Source of the DNA: Blasia pusilla
Taxonomy: Eukaryota
Assembly: GCA_050084515.1 (NCBI GenBank)
Contig: CM114271.1
Coordinates: 372,001 to 436,000, forward strand
Length of the DNA: 64,000 nt
Direction of reading: 5' to 3'
Shown here: positions 38,001-52,204 of the stretch, piece by piece
Numbering within the stretch: the first letter of the stretch is position 1
Layout of the letters: each line of letters starts with the position of its first letter
Program-made: the position numbers and the translations under genes
The notes under the pieces: model-generated
Told to the model about the DNA's origin: nothing
The model's database searches: none
The model's input: the letters and a program-made list of their open reading frames with translations, nothing else

Positions 38001-38350
38001 AGAAAGGGAACCGAGACACAACTTACAATGGAGGCAAGAGTTGCAAGAAAGGAGTATTGGCTGAAGCGTATTATATTCATGACTCAAAAGAATGGTTCAT
38101 AATGTTCAAGACGTCGTAGGGCCTTGGATTTGTTGGACAAACATGTACCTCCTCCTCGTCAAAAGGGAAACATTTATCGTGTTAAATGTAATTGGTACAA
38201 GTCTTCTGGTAACAACAAAACCTTGTTCACTTATGATGCAATAAATGTGCAATGGATTGATATTGAGATGTTGATTTCTAATGTGAACTTGACAATGAAA
38301 TCAGGTGTACAAGATACAATGTATATACTATATAGATTCAACTGACTTAC
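35050..38350 (+). mobile_element. Highly decayed DDE-type DNA transposase, superfamily uncertain (possibly P/THAP9-like)
   Basis: Ordered remnants GHASDGDARHRKLM (~36340), QDPPHNGKK..INPL (~36490), NRTDMQNW (~36650) and HLLGSYFCEDFF (~37040), with many stops. Confidence 0.4.
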
Positions 38351-41199
38351 AAGCTTTGACTATATATATTCAGAGTGTGAGTTGATATTGGTGAGTTATT
38401 TATGTTTGAGATATGTTGGATTTACGTCCTTATGTGGGGTTGTGCTTAGAGTGTAGTTGACACTACTGATCTATGAGTAGGATAGTGGGAGGGAGTAGGC
38501 TAGAGGGATGACATATTGGCTAATTGAGCTACATGCCCAATTAGGGGTTCAATTCCCCTGTGTCATAGTGCAAGGAATGCAATTAGGAGGTCCATTTCCA
38601 ATTGTCTTAAGTTCACAATATTCTAAAAGAGCTATATGAAGCAAGGTAGATAACAACTTTGAATAGGACATTGCCATATTTTATATTAAATACCTCTTCA
38701 TGACTTCTAGTAACCTATCTTGCTGCACTTAGGAAAAAAAGGAAGCATATTCATGTAGAGCTATTATGCTAGAGATGACACTCATCGCATCTATGAGTTA
38801 TTTAATTTCATGAACTATGGTTTGTAGCATGTAATTGCTACATAATGTTCAATGCTTCATAGTTGAGCAAACAATAACGTACCTAGCATAAGGTGTTGGA
38901 TGTTAATTTAGTTTGGTGCTTTTTTTTTCTTTCAATGCCTTATTTATTTAAAGTGATTGCTTCACTTAAAAAATTTTAGGGGTACATAAAATGAAAAATG
39001 GTTTCCTTTAAAATACATAAGGGTAAGCCCAAAAAAAATCACTTATAAGTTAGGGTGTCTAGACCCTAAAACATCGCAGGCGATGTAAGGCCTTTCATAT
39101 AGTGATCCTCCTCCCTCCCCCCCGGCGCTGAGCTTACGAGTAGAATATTTAAACGAGGCTTTCAACCAAGAATGGGATTATTCTTCAAATGGGCCAAATA
39201 GGTTGTTGGAGTGATCCCGGTTGGGGGCTATTGATGGTAGCAAATCAAGTTCTGTAATGTCCCCAAATCCTCTCATAATTTTATGAGTAGTAAAGGGTAT
39301 GTCATTCGATATTCAAGAATGTGGTGCTATGAGTCTGTATTTGATTGCGTATGTTGAATGTGGGAAGAACTCACGTGAGGATTAATATTTAAGTTTGGGA
39401 AGAATGTAGGGAAAGGGGGATGTGTGAAATTTGCTAGGCAAAGAGTAACCTGCAAAGACGGATTGAATTTTGATAGTAGGATGAGTTATTCTTCTGCTAA
39501 TTGATTGTTTGACAAACCTTCCATGCAATTTAGAAATCTTAGAGTGAAAGCACACTTCTCTTGCTCATCTTAGAAGCTATTTGAAAAAGGAAAAGACAAC
39601 TCCACCAATAGGATAATATGATTTGGAACAGAAACTAAGAAAGATGACTCTTTTGAATGCCAAATGTTTGCATTTGATTAGTTCCTCTACTTTATACCGA
39701 TTCCATGAGATAAGTGTGGACTCTTTAGAGAACGAATAACACATTAAACAACATAAATATAGAATTTAGAAGTTATAGGTACAAGATATGTGGCGATGTT
39801 ATGAATTGGATAATGGACGATACAATCTCGTAGATTTGTACATAAATGTCCGTCCATGTCATTTTAAAAGGTTGCATCAAATCATATGCTAGAGGATGTA
39901 TCTTAAACTCATCCTCTTATGACCATGCATACATACAAGGCATTGCAACGTACGCTCAATCAAACTTCTAGTAAGTACAATTTCCTAGCCTCTATCGCAT
40001 ACCTTCGCTTAAAGATCCTTTGAAACTTCTAGGATAACACAAGATGATAGAAAGAAGCACTAAATATAGAAAAATTGAGGAGTAGAGGAAATATGAGAAA
40101 TTTGGGGTAGTAGGGCCATAAATACTTGTTCCCTTGGGTCTATTTTTCATGTTTGTGGCTCCATTGCAATACCATATGACTCCTGTGAGTTCCAAATATT
40201 GGGGTTGGGGTTGCGTCTATGAGAAGCTGCAAATCTAGTCCGGCGCTTTGACAAGACTTTGCAAGTGTCATATGAGTGTCAGAACTCATATAACACTCGT
40301 ACAATAGTCTCGAATGGCATTTGCATAGGATGTGCGACCTCAAAATAAAACCCATGAAGCCCTCCTTCCTCTCTCCATTTTTTTTTCTCATTTCCATCTT
40401 TTTATCCCATGATTTATTTATTTATTGTCTCTCTTACTTCCCTCATGCACAACAAAGCTCTTGCTATTTGTTGCATTATTTTCTCTCCCTTTGGAGGGAT
40501 GGGTTGGTTTGACAATACCACTAGATGGGCAGTAAGAGACTTCCATTTTTTTTGTGCATTAACCTCTACTTAGACCAACATTTTATACCTTTAGATTTTT
40601 TCATTTCTCTCTTTGTACATGTCTCAGATCATCGCAAAGGCAAATACGTAGCCAACCACCAAGAAGTTCAAGCGCAAAAAGCAAGTATGGAGGAGGAAAT
40701 GGTATGCCTTTTCCAAGCACTAAGAGTTAGCGTTTGATGGACTCTGATTCTAGTTTCAAAATGGCACATCCATGTCTTTGACTTCATGCTCACCATGATA
40801 TGCCAATTCACTCCGGATCATCATCACCATAGGACGACATTGGCTCGTACAACAGAGTAATTGGCTCTTACAGAAAAGGAGGAGCGAGAGTCGTTGGCAT
40901 TGAATATTGGAACATCCACAAATTGCGATGTTGCATCGTGAGTGTCAGTTGTGCGAAGGAAGTTGGCATGGGTTGGGGATCCATGGATAGAGCGATTAGA
41001 CCGACATAGATATGTAGAGATGCAATATACATCGTAGATGCCAAAGGAGACATATCCCTTTAATGTAACTCTAGTAAAATTTAGTAAGTCTCATGAGACT
41101 TGTATAATGGCTCCAAATGTAGAAGTGCATTGAATTGGACTAAATTGCGAGTATAAGAAAACAGAGCTCTTCATACACATTATATTTCAAATTTAAAAG

Positions 41200-43300
41200 T
41201 TCATTTTTTAGGTTTGTGAGAAATTGCAATTACATCACTCGCAAAGTTGCAAATCCAACGCAATTGTAATATGACTATACTATGGCTTATTTGTGGCTCA
41301 TGTGACTGGCAAACTAGATGCAAATGTATAAGTGATGAATGTAGCTCGAGGGGATAAGCAACTTCCATATTTTGGAGTCATAGAGGAGATTTGAGAGTTG
41401 GATTTTTTCCAAATATTTTGAATGTTTTCCCTACAATGTCAACAATACTAAAATGGTTACCTTCTATGTAAGCAAGGGCATTTCATCATTTATGATATAT
41501 TAATAATTTACAATTGACAGATAACTTTACTTATGAGATAAATGGAAGAGTGATGAAATATTCAAACTTCCCTTGCAAGTGGAGTAGTGCTTCTATGTGG
41601 AACACCCATTGTTATAAAGATGAAAGTATATTATTGGGCATTTTCTTTGTAGTCAACAAGCCCTCCAAGAGGTGGCGAGAGTGGGATTTGATATAACTTA
41701 CGAGATAGGAGAGTAGTGGGTTTAAAAAGCAAATGAAAATAGTTATTAATATTTTGAAGATTTATGGTCACATAAAACAATAAAGCATTTTATTTTTCCT
41801 CCTATTTATCTCTTTGGATATCTCTCTCATCAAATTCACCCATTTTCTCCATTTCGAAGCTTCCGCCAACAAAGAGTCTAATTGTAATTCTGTTGGGAAA
41901 TCTACATGGCATTTTGACTAGTTCTCCTCAATCATTCAATGATCCTCAATGTTGTCATTTCAATCCCCAATCCTTTTTTATAGTCCATCCCAATCATAAC
42001 TCCATTAGGAAAGTTCTTTCATAACTAGACTTTACATACCTCATGAAGATTGCAATTGGGACATCAAAGATCATTAATGTTCACACGATTAGACCATCCA
42101 CCATATTTCATTTTGTATGAACCTTGTCAATGGTCTTTCAATCGGGAGTAGAGAATGGTTTTTTGCACCTCCTTTAAATCCCACACAATTTTGTTAATCT
42201 TATAGCAATAATATTGAATATAAGAGAATTTTATCATGGATTTTTTACCACTATGGATATTGTACTCTTTGCACCAAATGCATTAAGTGCAAAAATAGAA
42301 TTTGAGATATTGAATTAAGGTTTTATTCATAAAACCTCAATTCAATATTTTTATGTATACTTTTAGGTTTACCCTACATTATTATTAGTACGATAACTGT
42401 ATTTTATTTTTAATAGGGTGAGTCATACATAGTCAAAATTAAGTACAATAGAGAAATCCAATATTTTGTTGTGAATTAGTGCATTTCCCAATGTGATTAA
42501 TTATACGTAGTGATCATATCTCAAAATCTACAAAGAATCAATTTGAATCATCCATATAAGTTTAAATAATTGTAATTAAACACGAGATGTAGATATGCAT
42601 GTCATCTTGTTCTATGTATGAATGAGTATCTTTATGAGGTACCCATTTCCACAAGTCTCAACAAAATTACGACCATAGGGGAGATTTCCTTGTTTGCGCA
42701 CATGACTTAGCCAAATATTCATGGAATGTGGCCATGTTGTGCAAACACAATATGACTTGACTTGCCATAATATGATATGGTTCATCTCTATGTTAGTTCT
42801 TGTCGTACAACTCTCCTTGCACATCAAATTTTAATGAATTTGTGAAGAAAGATCTTCCATAATATTAAAATTCAAGAAATTACTTAGACCCATTATAAAC
42901 ATTATTATGTCGATTGCTGCATGTGATATTGTAACTTTTTAAATACAAAATGTATAGTTTATTAACTAAAATAATTAGGGGTAAGTATGATTGCACTAAG
43001 AACTCCCTTATTCAATCATTAATGCCAAGTGTGAGTTTGAATTCGATTTTCAATACTCTATTATCTAATAAGTACTCAAGAAGTGTTTTGGTTGTGGCAT
43101 TGGATTGTCTTTAACCCCCACTACCTTCATTCTCGAAGGATTCTTCCATCCATTTTTGGTGTTTCTTTTTCCTCTCAATACTTGGGAGGTAGAGCTAATA
43201 GGAGCATTATGTCCATTCTTTGACTGAATACATAATATGAGGTTGATTCTAAATGATTGACATGTCTATGTGATTCTCCATTTGGGTTCTTCTTCATTGT
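41200..43300. mobile_element. AT-rich CACTA-like remnants
   Basis: PYFGVIEEI*ELDF at ~41365-41405 resembles the conserved YYGVIEEIWELDY segment of CACTA proteins. The rest is too decayed to assign. Confidence 0.35.
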
Positions 43301-44058
43301 ATGTGCACTTCAAATGAATCATTAAAGCAAAAAAAAATTCCTATCATGGATAAGTGTCACACAAAATTTATATAGAATCCTATATCTCTTAAAGAATTGT
43401 AGGGAGTATGAATATTGGTTCTGTCCACACAAATTCTACAAGCTAATTAGGATGATGTCCCATACAAACGATTACTTGCAATTTATAATTTATCAATCGT
43501 TTACTTAATATCAATGGTTAGGACACATAATATATGATTGTCCATAATACATCACGAAATGATTATCCGTGAGTTAAGGAAGCACTTATTGCCTTAAGTA
43601 AGAGGAGGTCAAAGCATGAATTCGAACAAGATCCAAAGCCTTTATTGGACATGTTGTAAAAAAGAAATTAAGAAGCAATACCTCAATGTAATAACCTCAC
43701 TTTATGTAGAAATAAGATGATATGTGGAAACATAAGACACAATATTTTTGGTTGATGTGAGATCATCCTCATTCCTTAGAAAAGTGCTTTGTAAAGCTGT
43801 ATGCATTTTCCTCTAAGATCAAGCTTGGAAACTTATGCAAGAATTATTTTTTAATGCTCTTCTAAGTGAAGAACACCAAATACTTGAAGTTTTGTTAGGC
43901 TATAGATATTAAAAGTAATAAAAATATGAAGCTAACGATACTACTATGTTTGACTATACTTACTACCAGTACAGTGTCTGTGCGATGCACCGAAATTAAA
44001 AAATGTTTGAAGAGTTTTTGTTAGTGTATAGCTCGTGAAGGGGAGGGATTAATGATTC

Positions 44059-44565
44059 AAACTTTTTTCTTGCTGCCTAGTTGCCACATGTTAAACAGAA
44101 AGGTGTTTGCAAATCAAGAAGACACTCTCCCATAATAATATGAATGAAATTTTCATTCATAATATACATATGTTATTGTTTTATTCATATAAGAGTGTGA
44201 TTGAAATTCTACTTGATACGTATAATTATTTTTTCGTCATCTAAATTATTATTTGACAGTGTCCCTTCGATTTTCAAACTCCTTTTCTATTAATAATGGT
44301 TTCTTCCCTCTTCCCTCCTCCATCCTACTCCCAAGCCAATAAGATCACTCAAAATCGATCTGAAAAGTAGATGAAGTCCTTAGTTATATTTTTACAAAAG
44401 TATCTATATTTTTACATGAAACTCACATGAGAGGCCAATTGAAAAGTTTGGAAATTAATTTAAGTATTAATTGTGGGTTAATCTATATTATTATTGGAGA
44501 ATGCCTTCTTGATTTGCAAACACCTTTTGGTTGATATGTGGCGACCGGGCAACAAGAAAATGTTT
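44059..44565. repeat. ~85-bp imperfect inverted repeat pair (44059-44145 / 44481-44565)
   Basis: AAGGTGTTTGCAAATCAAGAAG versus CTTCTTGATTTGCAAACACCTT, with the flanks also pairing. Confidence 0.75.
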
Positions 44566-45392
44566 CCCCCTTTACGGACAGTACGAAAACGATTTCCCTT
44601 CACTCTCGTGCATGGCAAGGGTTGCCCACTAGCATATTATGAATGATGGGAGAATGTTTTCTTTTTGCTAACACGTATCCGTTTGACATATTACAACTGG
44701 ACAACCAAAAAATGTTTCGCATCTTACGGGCAACACGAACAAAATTTGAATTTGTATGAGCATTATTAATCCCCCCATAAAAATTATAGACTATCAAAAC
44801 ATTTTCAAACACTTTTTAATTTTCAAACACTAGTTAATTTAAATTAGTCCACGGAAATCACTAGTTTTTATTATAAAATTAAAAAAGATTGTAAGAAGAT
44901 TGAAAGTAAGAATCGTCGTCTATATTCTTTACACCCCTTTCCGAAACAACGCTAAAATGGCTCGGAGAGATTTAGGTGCACTTTGATAACGAGCTGGAAC
45001 TGGAAGAGATCGGAGCGGTAGATTCTAGGGCCCCGTATGGACAATCGACGGCGGCGCTCGTATTCTCGATTAGGGTTTGGCACACACCCGCTCTCTCGCA
45101 GAGGTTTGTGAAGTCCGTTCGAGGCCTTCGGTCTTTCCCTTTCTCCCTCTCTCGAGCTCCAGCTACCGTTTCTCAAGTGTGGATCTGTACAATCAAAGGT
45201 GCACGTAGGGAATAGCTGCGATTTGTCGAGTTTTTGTAATTTGATTGTGGTGATCGATAGGTGTCTAGATTGTGCTGTGTTCAGGAAGTCGCCGTGGGTG
45301 AAATTGAGTTTTACGCTGCATTGTGCGAGACTGTGTGGGAGTTTCAATTTGTCGGAGTTAGGTTGTAATTTGGAGTTGGCACACTTTTGCAG

Positions 45393-46040
45393 ATGGCGTC
45401 CCCCGATCTTCTGTGGCAACTTGTGAAGAGATCGAACAAGTTTCTGGTGAAGCAGAACGGAAACAATAACCGTTCCGTGCAGTTCAGCTCCGAGCCGAAC
45501 AATCTATACAACTTGAACTCCTTCAAGTTTTCAGGTAAATTCTCGGATACCTTGCCATGTCCTTTCCACCGCCTGAGGCATTCTCCTGTATTCGTTTGTT
45601 TCTCATCCGGTGTCTCGGCAGGTTTGGCGAACAAGAAGACGGTGGCCATCAACGCCGCTGGCGAGGATCTTTCAGTGGCCCTGGGAACCACGAAGACTAA
45701 GAAGTCCAACAAGCCCTCCGATTCTGTGAACAGGTCGGTGTTGAAGAGGGACTTCAGGAAGATGGCCCGCGCTGTGGTCAACCAGGTAAACAAGCCGTGC
45801 TTTGTTTTAGGTATCCTTGAAAGAATTGAACTACAGGCACGGGAGAAAGATTGTTCGATGCAAGATCCGTGTTCTTACGAGGATGGCGCTCTGGTCCTGC
45901 AGGTAGCCGAGAATGGCTACAGGCCTGATCTGAAGGAAGCAGCGTTAGCCCGACTTGCTGCAGTTCACAAGAGCTTGCGGGTAGCGAAGGCTGGAGTCTC
46001 GAAGAAGACCTCGAAGGGCCGAAAAACTCTGCGAAAGTGA
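45393..46040 (+). CDS. RPL28: 60S ribosomal protein L28 (eL28), 3 coding exons, 147 aa
   Basis: Exons 45393-45534, 45622-45785 and 45903-46040 give [20 protein letters not shown]...[25 protein letters not shown]...[19 protein letters not shown]. Probable 5' UTR intron 45199-45392. Confidence 0.97.
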   Translation: MASPDLLWQLVKRSNKFLVKQNGNNNRSVQFSSEPNNLYNLNSFKFSGKFSDTLPCPFHRLRHSPVFVCFSSGVSAGLANKKTVAINAAGEDLSVALGTTKTKKSNKPSDSVNRSVLKRDFRKMARAVVNQVNKPCFVLGILERIELQAREKDCSMQDPCSYEDGALVLQVAENGYRPDLKEAALARLAAVHKSLRVAKAGVSKKTSKGRKTLRK

Positions 46041-46859
46041 GGGTATGAGGATTTGACAGGAAATTGATAGTAATTTGACGCTCCGCGTCTAAGAGTTGTT
46101 CACTTGATTCTTGTAGGAAAATTTTACACCCTCGTAAGTGTAGTTCCGCCTCTCAGGCCCCTTTTTTTGAACTATGGCATCACTTATGGTGATGAAGGCT
46201 TGTGCACTCGAGGAACTCTACCGAAAGGGGTGTCCTGGTTGTAAACTCAAGGGCCTTGCCGCTTTTATTACACTGTAGTTGGCGTGATATGCCGCTCATA
46301 CGCAAGTGCCTCGCTCGAATTCTCTACGCGTACATTTCTCTGGGCCAGTGCTTGGCATTACCTTAGTCCATGAATTTCTCAGCGGTTTCTGTGTGGTTGC
46401 TGGCCTCTCCTATTCTGAACGTGGGAGGGCCCTGGACCCATCTCCAAAACAACGTTCAGTGAGCCTGGTGCCGTCTAGATCGTTCATATGTGAACGCAAA
46501 TGTCCCTCCATCAGCTCACTCCACTCCACTCTGTCTGCCTTGAACTCAATTTCTGTTAACTGGAGAATTCGAGAAAAAATACACATTATGCACCTGCCCT
46601 CGTCCTTTCATAGGGTAGGGATTACTAACTCATTGACGTGACTTTCCAACATTCTAAGACTTTTGTACTCATCGCATGCCTATGCTTCCTCTATTGAACG
46701 GTACGGAGAGGTCCCTCACCTACTCTTTTCTGTTGCTGTAATGGGACGCTTCGGCGGAGCCTCGATGTAAGGTATTCCCATGCACCCTTCCACCACATCC
46801 CCGTCCTGTACTCCTCAACTACCAGCTCTAACCTCTATGACTGTCACTCTATTCCCTAG

Positions 46860-49267
46860 TTATGATCCACTCATTCCTTGCTGCTTCCGGTGCAACCATA
46901 TGGCTCTATCTGCAAAACCCATTGGTTCTCGAGTTGAGAAAATGTGAAGAATCTTCAAGCGATTACAGCCTAAATTTACCATTAAAAGACCGATCCGGCA
47001 CTGTCAGGCACGAAGCATAGCTGTGGAGATTAGGTCGATTGTTAGAGAACTTTCTACTGTAATGGGCTCACTTCCCTACAGTTTTCACTGGTTATAACTG
47101 CACTGAACATATTGATGTAGTCAGTAATTTGGTTGGCGTGATAAACTTGGAAGTCAGGAAACACACCTCGACAAATCCCCGGATGCCATAGGCCAGGCTT
47201 TTCCTTCGGAGGAGGACCCATAAAAAGCTGATTTGTTGTTTTGGGCGTGTACTTGTGGGCGCGGGCTCCGTCTGTCAACCTGCATTGGAATGTTCGGTAT
47301 TTGTGTGCGATTAAAGAAGCTGATGAGTTGGGTTGGGTGTTTTTCGCATAGGGGATCCTATCATCGTTAGTGTTTCTTAGAAAGTAGAAAAAGCGCTCAA
47401 AGATCAGGATCTCGTGAAGTGGGCATTTGCGTAAGACTAACTGGACGATCTCATGAAACTCACGTGAAAGACGCCACCTACAAACCGATTTTGAGAATTT
47501 ACTCCACCTCTCTAGCATGAAATGGAAGCCAGTGAGATGGAGGATTTTCATCTACAGGACCAACTCTCAACCCTCTGTACTGTACCCAATGTCACATCCC
47601 ACCTGCAGCTGCGTCAACTAATTGTCTTACACATCCCCGCTGAACTCTACACATCTCTATTAGGAAAGTATTTTCCATCAAATATCCGTCAGCTCTGCAA
47701 CAAACGTCGAAACGTTACCTACAAGCTTTACGAGGATGCGAAACCGCATGTCCCACCAAAGTATTCTAATTAATTTCTCTTAAGACCTAATGCCTTTCGC
47801 TCTAGTCGGAGCACGGCACAAGGCAGTTTGCTGTGGTTTGGTTAGGCACTAGCCTCTGTGGAAGGATCATGAGCTCTAGCTCGATGTAATCAAAGCGTGG
47901 TAGCGGAGAGAATGCAGGTCGTCTTAACAGCCGGAATCGCCGTTGTAAACAGACCACGGAGGTTCGGGAAATGTGATCGCTATAGGGGTGTCGTGGATCG
48001 TGAAGAAGAGACAATGTGATGACTGGATGCCACAGATGTTCATGTGCGTTAACAGCAGCCTAAACGCACAGAGAACATCTGATTGATCTATCTGCGCGGA
48101 GCTATGGTGGAAGTCTCTTCACAGCGACCATGCCATGGACATTCGGACTAGATTGCATGAGACTACATCAGTCGTTAAACCCCCGCCTCGCGAAGGACGA
48201 GTGCAACACTCAAAGCCAGCAAATCGCGACATTGTGGTTGTGAGGAATGATTATCCCTCATCGCCGAAAAATCATGGTTGCAATGAAACACATCCTGTCG
48301 AGGTGGAGTTGGCCCAATTCCATGGGAAGACTGCCACCGAAAAATCATGGCGACGCACTCCAAACAGCGCGGGTGTGGGGAATGACACTCTCTCTCGAAG
48401 CTGAGAGCGTGACGAGGCGCGTGAGAGCATTGGCAAGGAGATCCCAGATTCAGCCCCCAGGTTCAGCGAGACGTGATCGTCAAATCGAAGATTCACTTAA
48501 AGCATCAGCCAGTGAAGCTTTCAGTGCATGTCATGAGTGCGAGAGCAGACATTACTTGATATAACTCGCGTTGCGCCGATCAAAATTTTGGAGTCCGACG
48601 TCTGTGCGAGACTCTTCTCTCGGTCTGTTGCGTGTAGCGTCAGGATGATAAGGACACAACTTCTTATCGCCCTGATCAACTTCCTCTCCAACCTTGCGGG
48701 TCTTGTTTTGGAAATACTGGTTGGTCCTAGGAATCGGAGGCAAACGAGTCCAGCGTGAGTCGTCTCCTCTAAAAGTTTTCGTTCGTCACACAACACTGCG
48801 CCGGAGAGCTGGTTCAAGCTACAAGATGAAAGTAGGAGAAAGAGGGAAGTACGTCAAGTCATCAAAGACGGGCTTGGCACCAGAAGCGCCGGGCATCTTG
48901 TATCCTGTGAGAGCATGAGGGTGCATAATCTGGAAGCCAACCGGCACGAGATTCAGCAGAGCTTGAGCAAACATGTCCTAAGAGAGGATTTGAGGTTGAA
49001 TCGAATCCACTCCAAGGAAAGCTGGAAGTAGAAGGAAGGAATTGGACGTCTCCTCATCAGAACAAACTAGAGCGCGAGAAAATTCTGATCCACGTAGAGC
49101 GATGAGGAGTATCGCTGTACCCCATAGTACGCTTGCACCAGGTGGACGGTCCTGACAGATGTGTTCGTGCGGCCTTCATATTTGTTCCTGGGATTTCTGC
49201 CCGGGGGATGAACAGGCGCAACATACTCCGGTGTACAATTCCAGTGGTTAGGATCAAACGAAGTCAT
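46860..49267 (-). CDS. Uncharacterised 201-aa protein, 5 exons
   Basis: Exons 49267-49121, 48977-48853, 48726-48556, 47279-47167 and 46909-46860; all GT-AG with matching phases, open from ATG to TAA. Contains TTNQYF, PYHPDATRNR, RNASYI, TTNQLF, HPGICRDRAIWLH. Confidence 0.7.
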
Positions 49268-50278
49268 GGTAAGCTTCTCTTCTCAATCCAACTCTCGCAC
49301 CGAATTTCAAACCTCCAGCGAAAACGCTGTCACCAATCGATCAAATCGTAGCCTCTCCCGCCCCTCAAGAGAGTCACTCCCGAAAATTATACACCTACAT
49401 ACCACCACCGAGTCCACTACACTCAGCAATCCCCGACCCCCTATCCGACGACGACCAAATTTCTGCATCGAGTTCCACGATTTCGTGCAGTCCAGACGCC
49501 GTCCTTTCCGCGCAGATTGTTGACAGCTTTTGGCGGGGTTCAACTGAACCGGCCGACATCGCCTGTTTATAAACGTGGTTGAAATCGGCAGTTATGCTGT
49601 CTCTACTCAGGCCAGTATTGAACGCGTCTGGAGTACTGCGTAGATCCATTACTGCGTCGGATTATCTTGTCGTGGTGCTGTAGCGATTACCAAGTTCGTA
49701 AGGGAAACGGCAGGAACCGTCTCGGACGGAGGGAGACGAACCGTTTTTGACGGACTGGGCAGTAGCAGGGCAGCGAAGTGGACGAAATGCGCTTCCATCC
49801 ATTGGGAAAGGAAGAGCACACGAAACAGTTCTCTGTCCATCCGAACCTTCAATGGCTTCACGCTCTATTTGAAAGGCCAATCGAATCGAACTCCTGAATT
49901 TCTCCATCATGATGTTATTCGACTTGCGGTAGCTCATTACCTATCATCCGATAATCTTGTGAAATTTCTGCTCCGCCACTTTTTGGTCTTGAGTGTTCTT
50001 TCTGCCTTTCGCTTTCCACGTCCAAATCGTCAGGTAGAGGACTGGCTGGGAAAGGGATTTGAGCCCGAGCACTATGGGAACTACAATCTTCGAGGGGAAG
50101 TCAAACTGGACCACAATTTTTCTTAAACTGTGCATTGTCGCGAGGATAAGTGTGGATGGAAGAATCCATCAAAAGTTCTAAAGGGTAAATCACGGCGAGG
50201 AGGGCGTGTTTGAGTTTTTGTTGGTGACCGGTCTTTCGATTCCGATATTCTCCTTTCTGGATCTGATTGTTGATCGAT

Positions 50279-52204
50279 ATGGCGACTCTCCGTGGTGCTT
50301 TCATGGCGACAGGGAGACATCCACTGACATTTCACGTTGGAAGGGCCATCCCGTCGTGTTGCGGGCCGAGCACGCTGTCAGTAACAGCCGGTCCTTGGCG
50401 TCAAGAAGAATTCGCGAGTCGAGGGAACGAACTCAACGAAGGCAGGGAGCTTCGGAGGTTGTCAGGCACCGCATTTCGATTGTTGAGTGAATGACGAGAG
50501 GAGTGTGGAGCAGTACTTTGTCCTTGTCTCTCTCATTTGCGTGGAATTAGGTTGACCGACTGGATTTGTTCGTGTTGGGAGTGGTGACAGAAACGCGACG
50601 ATTGTGGCCAGAGGGAAAGGGTTTGGTGAGCTCCTTCAGAGAGGTAAACGCGATGGTGGGAAGGGAAAGAGAGAGGGTGGTGAAGCGGTTGTACGTCCAT
50701 GCCCATGCGGAGGAGGGGAAGAACGCAAACCTGCAGGCGAATGTTGCGGTCGCTTTCATGGAGGCGTCATTGAACCGGACGCTTTGACTCTCATGAGTAC
50801 GCGCTCCTCCACCAATTCCTTCTCATGTCGTGTTCGTAACCCTCATTCATTGCGTCATCAGTCCCCTGATCGCCATGGTAAGTACGGACTGTAAAGAGAT
50901 TCTTGAGCGCTGTCCAATGATCGAGTTCATTCTATCCGGATGACTACTCGTGATGGTTGCCACTTCTTTGTGCAGTATCCATTTATCAACCCAGGCATCG
51001 CCCGCTAATTCTTGACCATTGAGCACTTCACTTTCTTGAGCGGTCTCCGATGATCGAGCTACTAACTCCGATGATTCAGTTCATTCTCTCCGGACGACTC
51101 TCGTGATACTCTCGCCAACTCCAGGTCAATTGTTGTTGACTCGGGCATCGGCTGATAACTCTTCACCATTCTACTGCAGAAGCACGGTTTGCAGCTTATT
51201 CTCTTGGAGTAGTGCCGTATGTTGTGAGGACTACACATCCACAGAATCCGGACTTTGAAGGTACTCGCTCTCAGAGATGATGTTGTTCAGCTTTTCGCGC
51301 CTTCAGAAATCAGATCGTTTTCCAGTTCGGATTTGTACGTACGAGCTCGTCCATGTAGAAACCCAATGATGTGCGTATTGAATTTTGGCGATGGAAGGTG
51401 CGGAGAAGCTAGCAGCGGATGTTCGTGCCACTTGCGAGCGACTGCGATTCTTCAAATTGGACATTCTCCAGTTTGAGGAGCTGTCCGAGACGGAGGTGAG
51501 AACTACATTCAGTGAGAAATTTGACATTTCTCGCCAATCCTATCATAGCCTCCTGATGGGGAGTGGGTTTAAGATGCTGGAAGAGTTCATCTGTCGCCTC
51601 AGATTATACAATCCGATGCATTATTCCAAATTTTGACTCAATCGCCGCCCAAAGTTTGGACTTAGCTCAGTCGCCCCATTTCGTACGTAAGCTGAAATGT
51701 AATCACCCCTCTAACAGGCTAGCGGCCATCTACTAAGAATGATTGGTTCTCAATTTCGTTCTCCTTGAACGTACTTCGAGTTCGCATTCTTGACGCAAAT
51801 TCGTGTCGTTCTCCTTCATAGAGAGCTCGACTCACATTCTTGGCGTTCTCCTTCTTTGAAAGTCAGATCTGACCTTGTTTAGAAACTCCCCACTCTTGTA
51901 CATGTTTAACTTGTTTGCATGTGGTAACCTAAAACTCCTGTGTTCCAGAATGGAACCATTTGGACGGAAGGTGTGAGCGAGTTCCAGGGATTCCTCCATG
52001 TGCCTTTCTTACACTTGGGTTCATGAATCTTTCCAGGCAATTGTACGGTTCATCGTGACTTACTCGATCTTGAACGGAGTTAGAGGGGAGAAGAAGGAGC
52101 TCGAGGAAAAGAGCCGCTTCATTAAGGAAAATGGACGCTGGTACTACCGCGAAGGGACACCATTGAATCGAACGTCCGAAGCGGCTTGGATGTCGTCTAC
52201 GTAG
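50279..52204 (+). CDS. SEC-C motif / YchJ (UPF0225)-like protein, probably organelle-targeted; 5 exons, ~243 aa
   Basis: Exons 50279-50457 (least certain), 50591-50796, 51180-51260, 51398-51495 and 52037-52204. Motifs CPCGGG...ECCGRFHGG, TLMKARFAAY, RTTHPQNPD, EKSRFIKENGRWYYREG; transit-peptide-like N-terminus. Confidence 0.88.
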
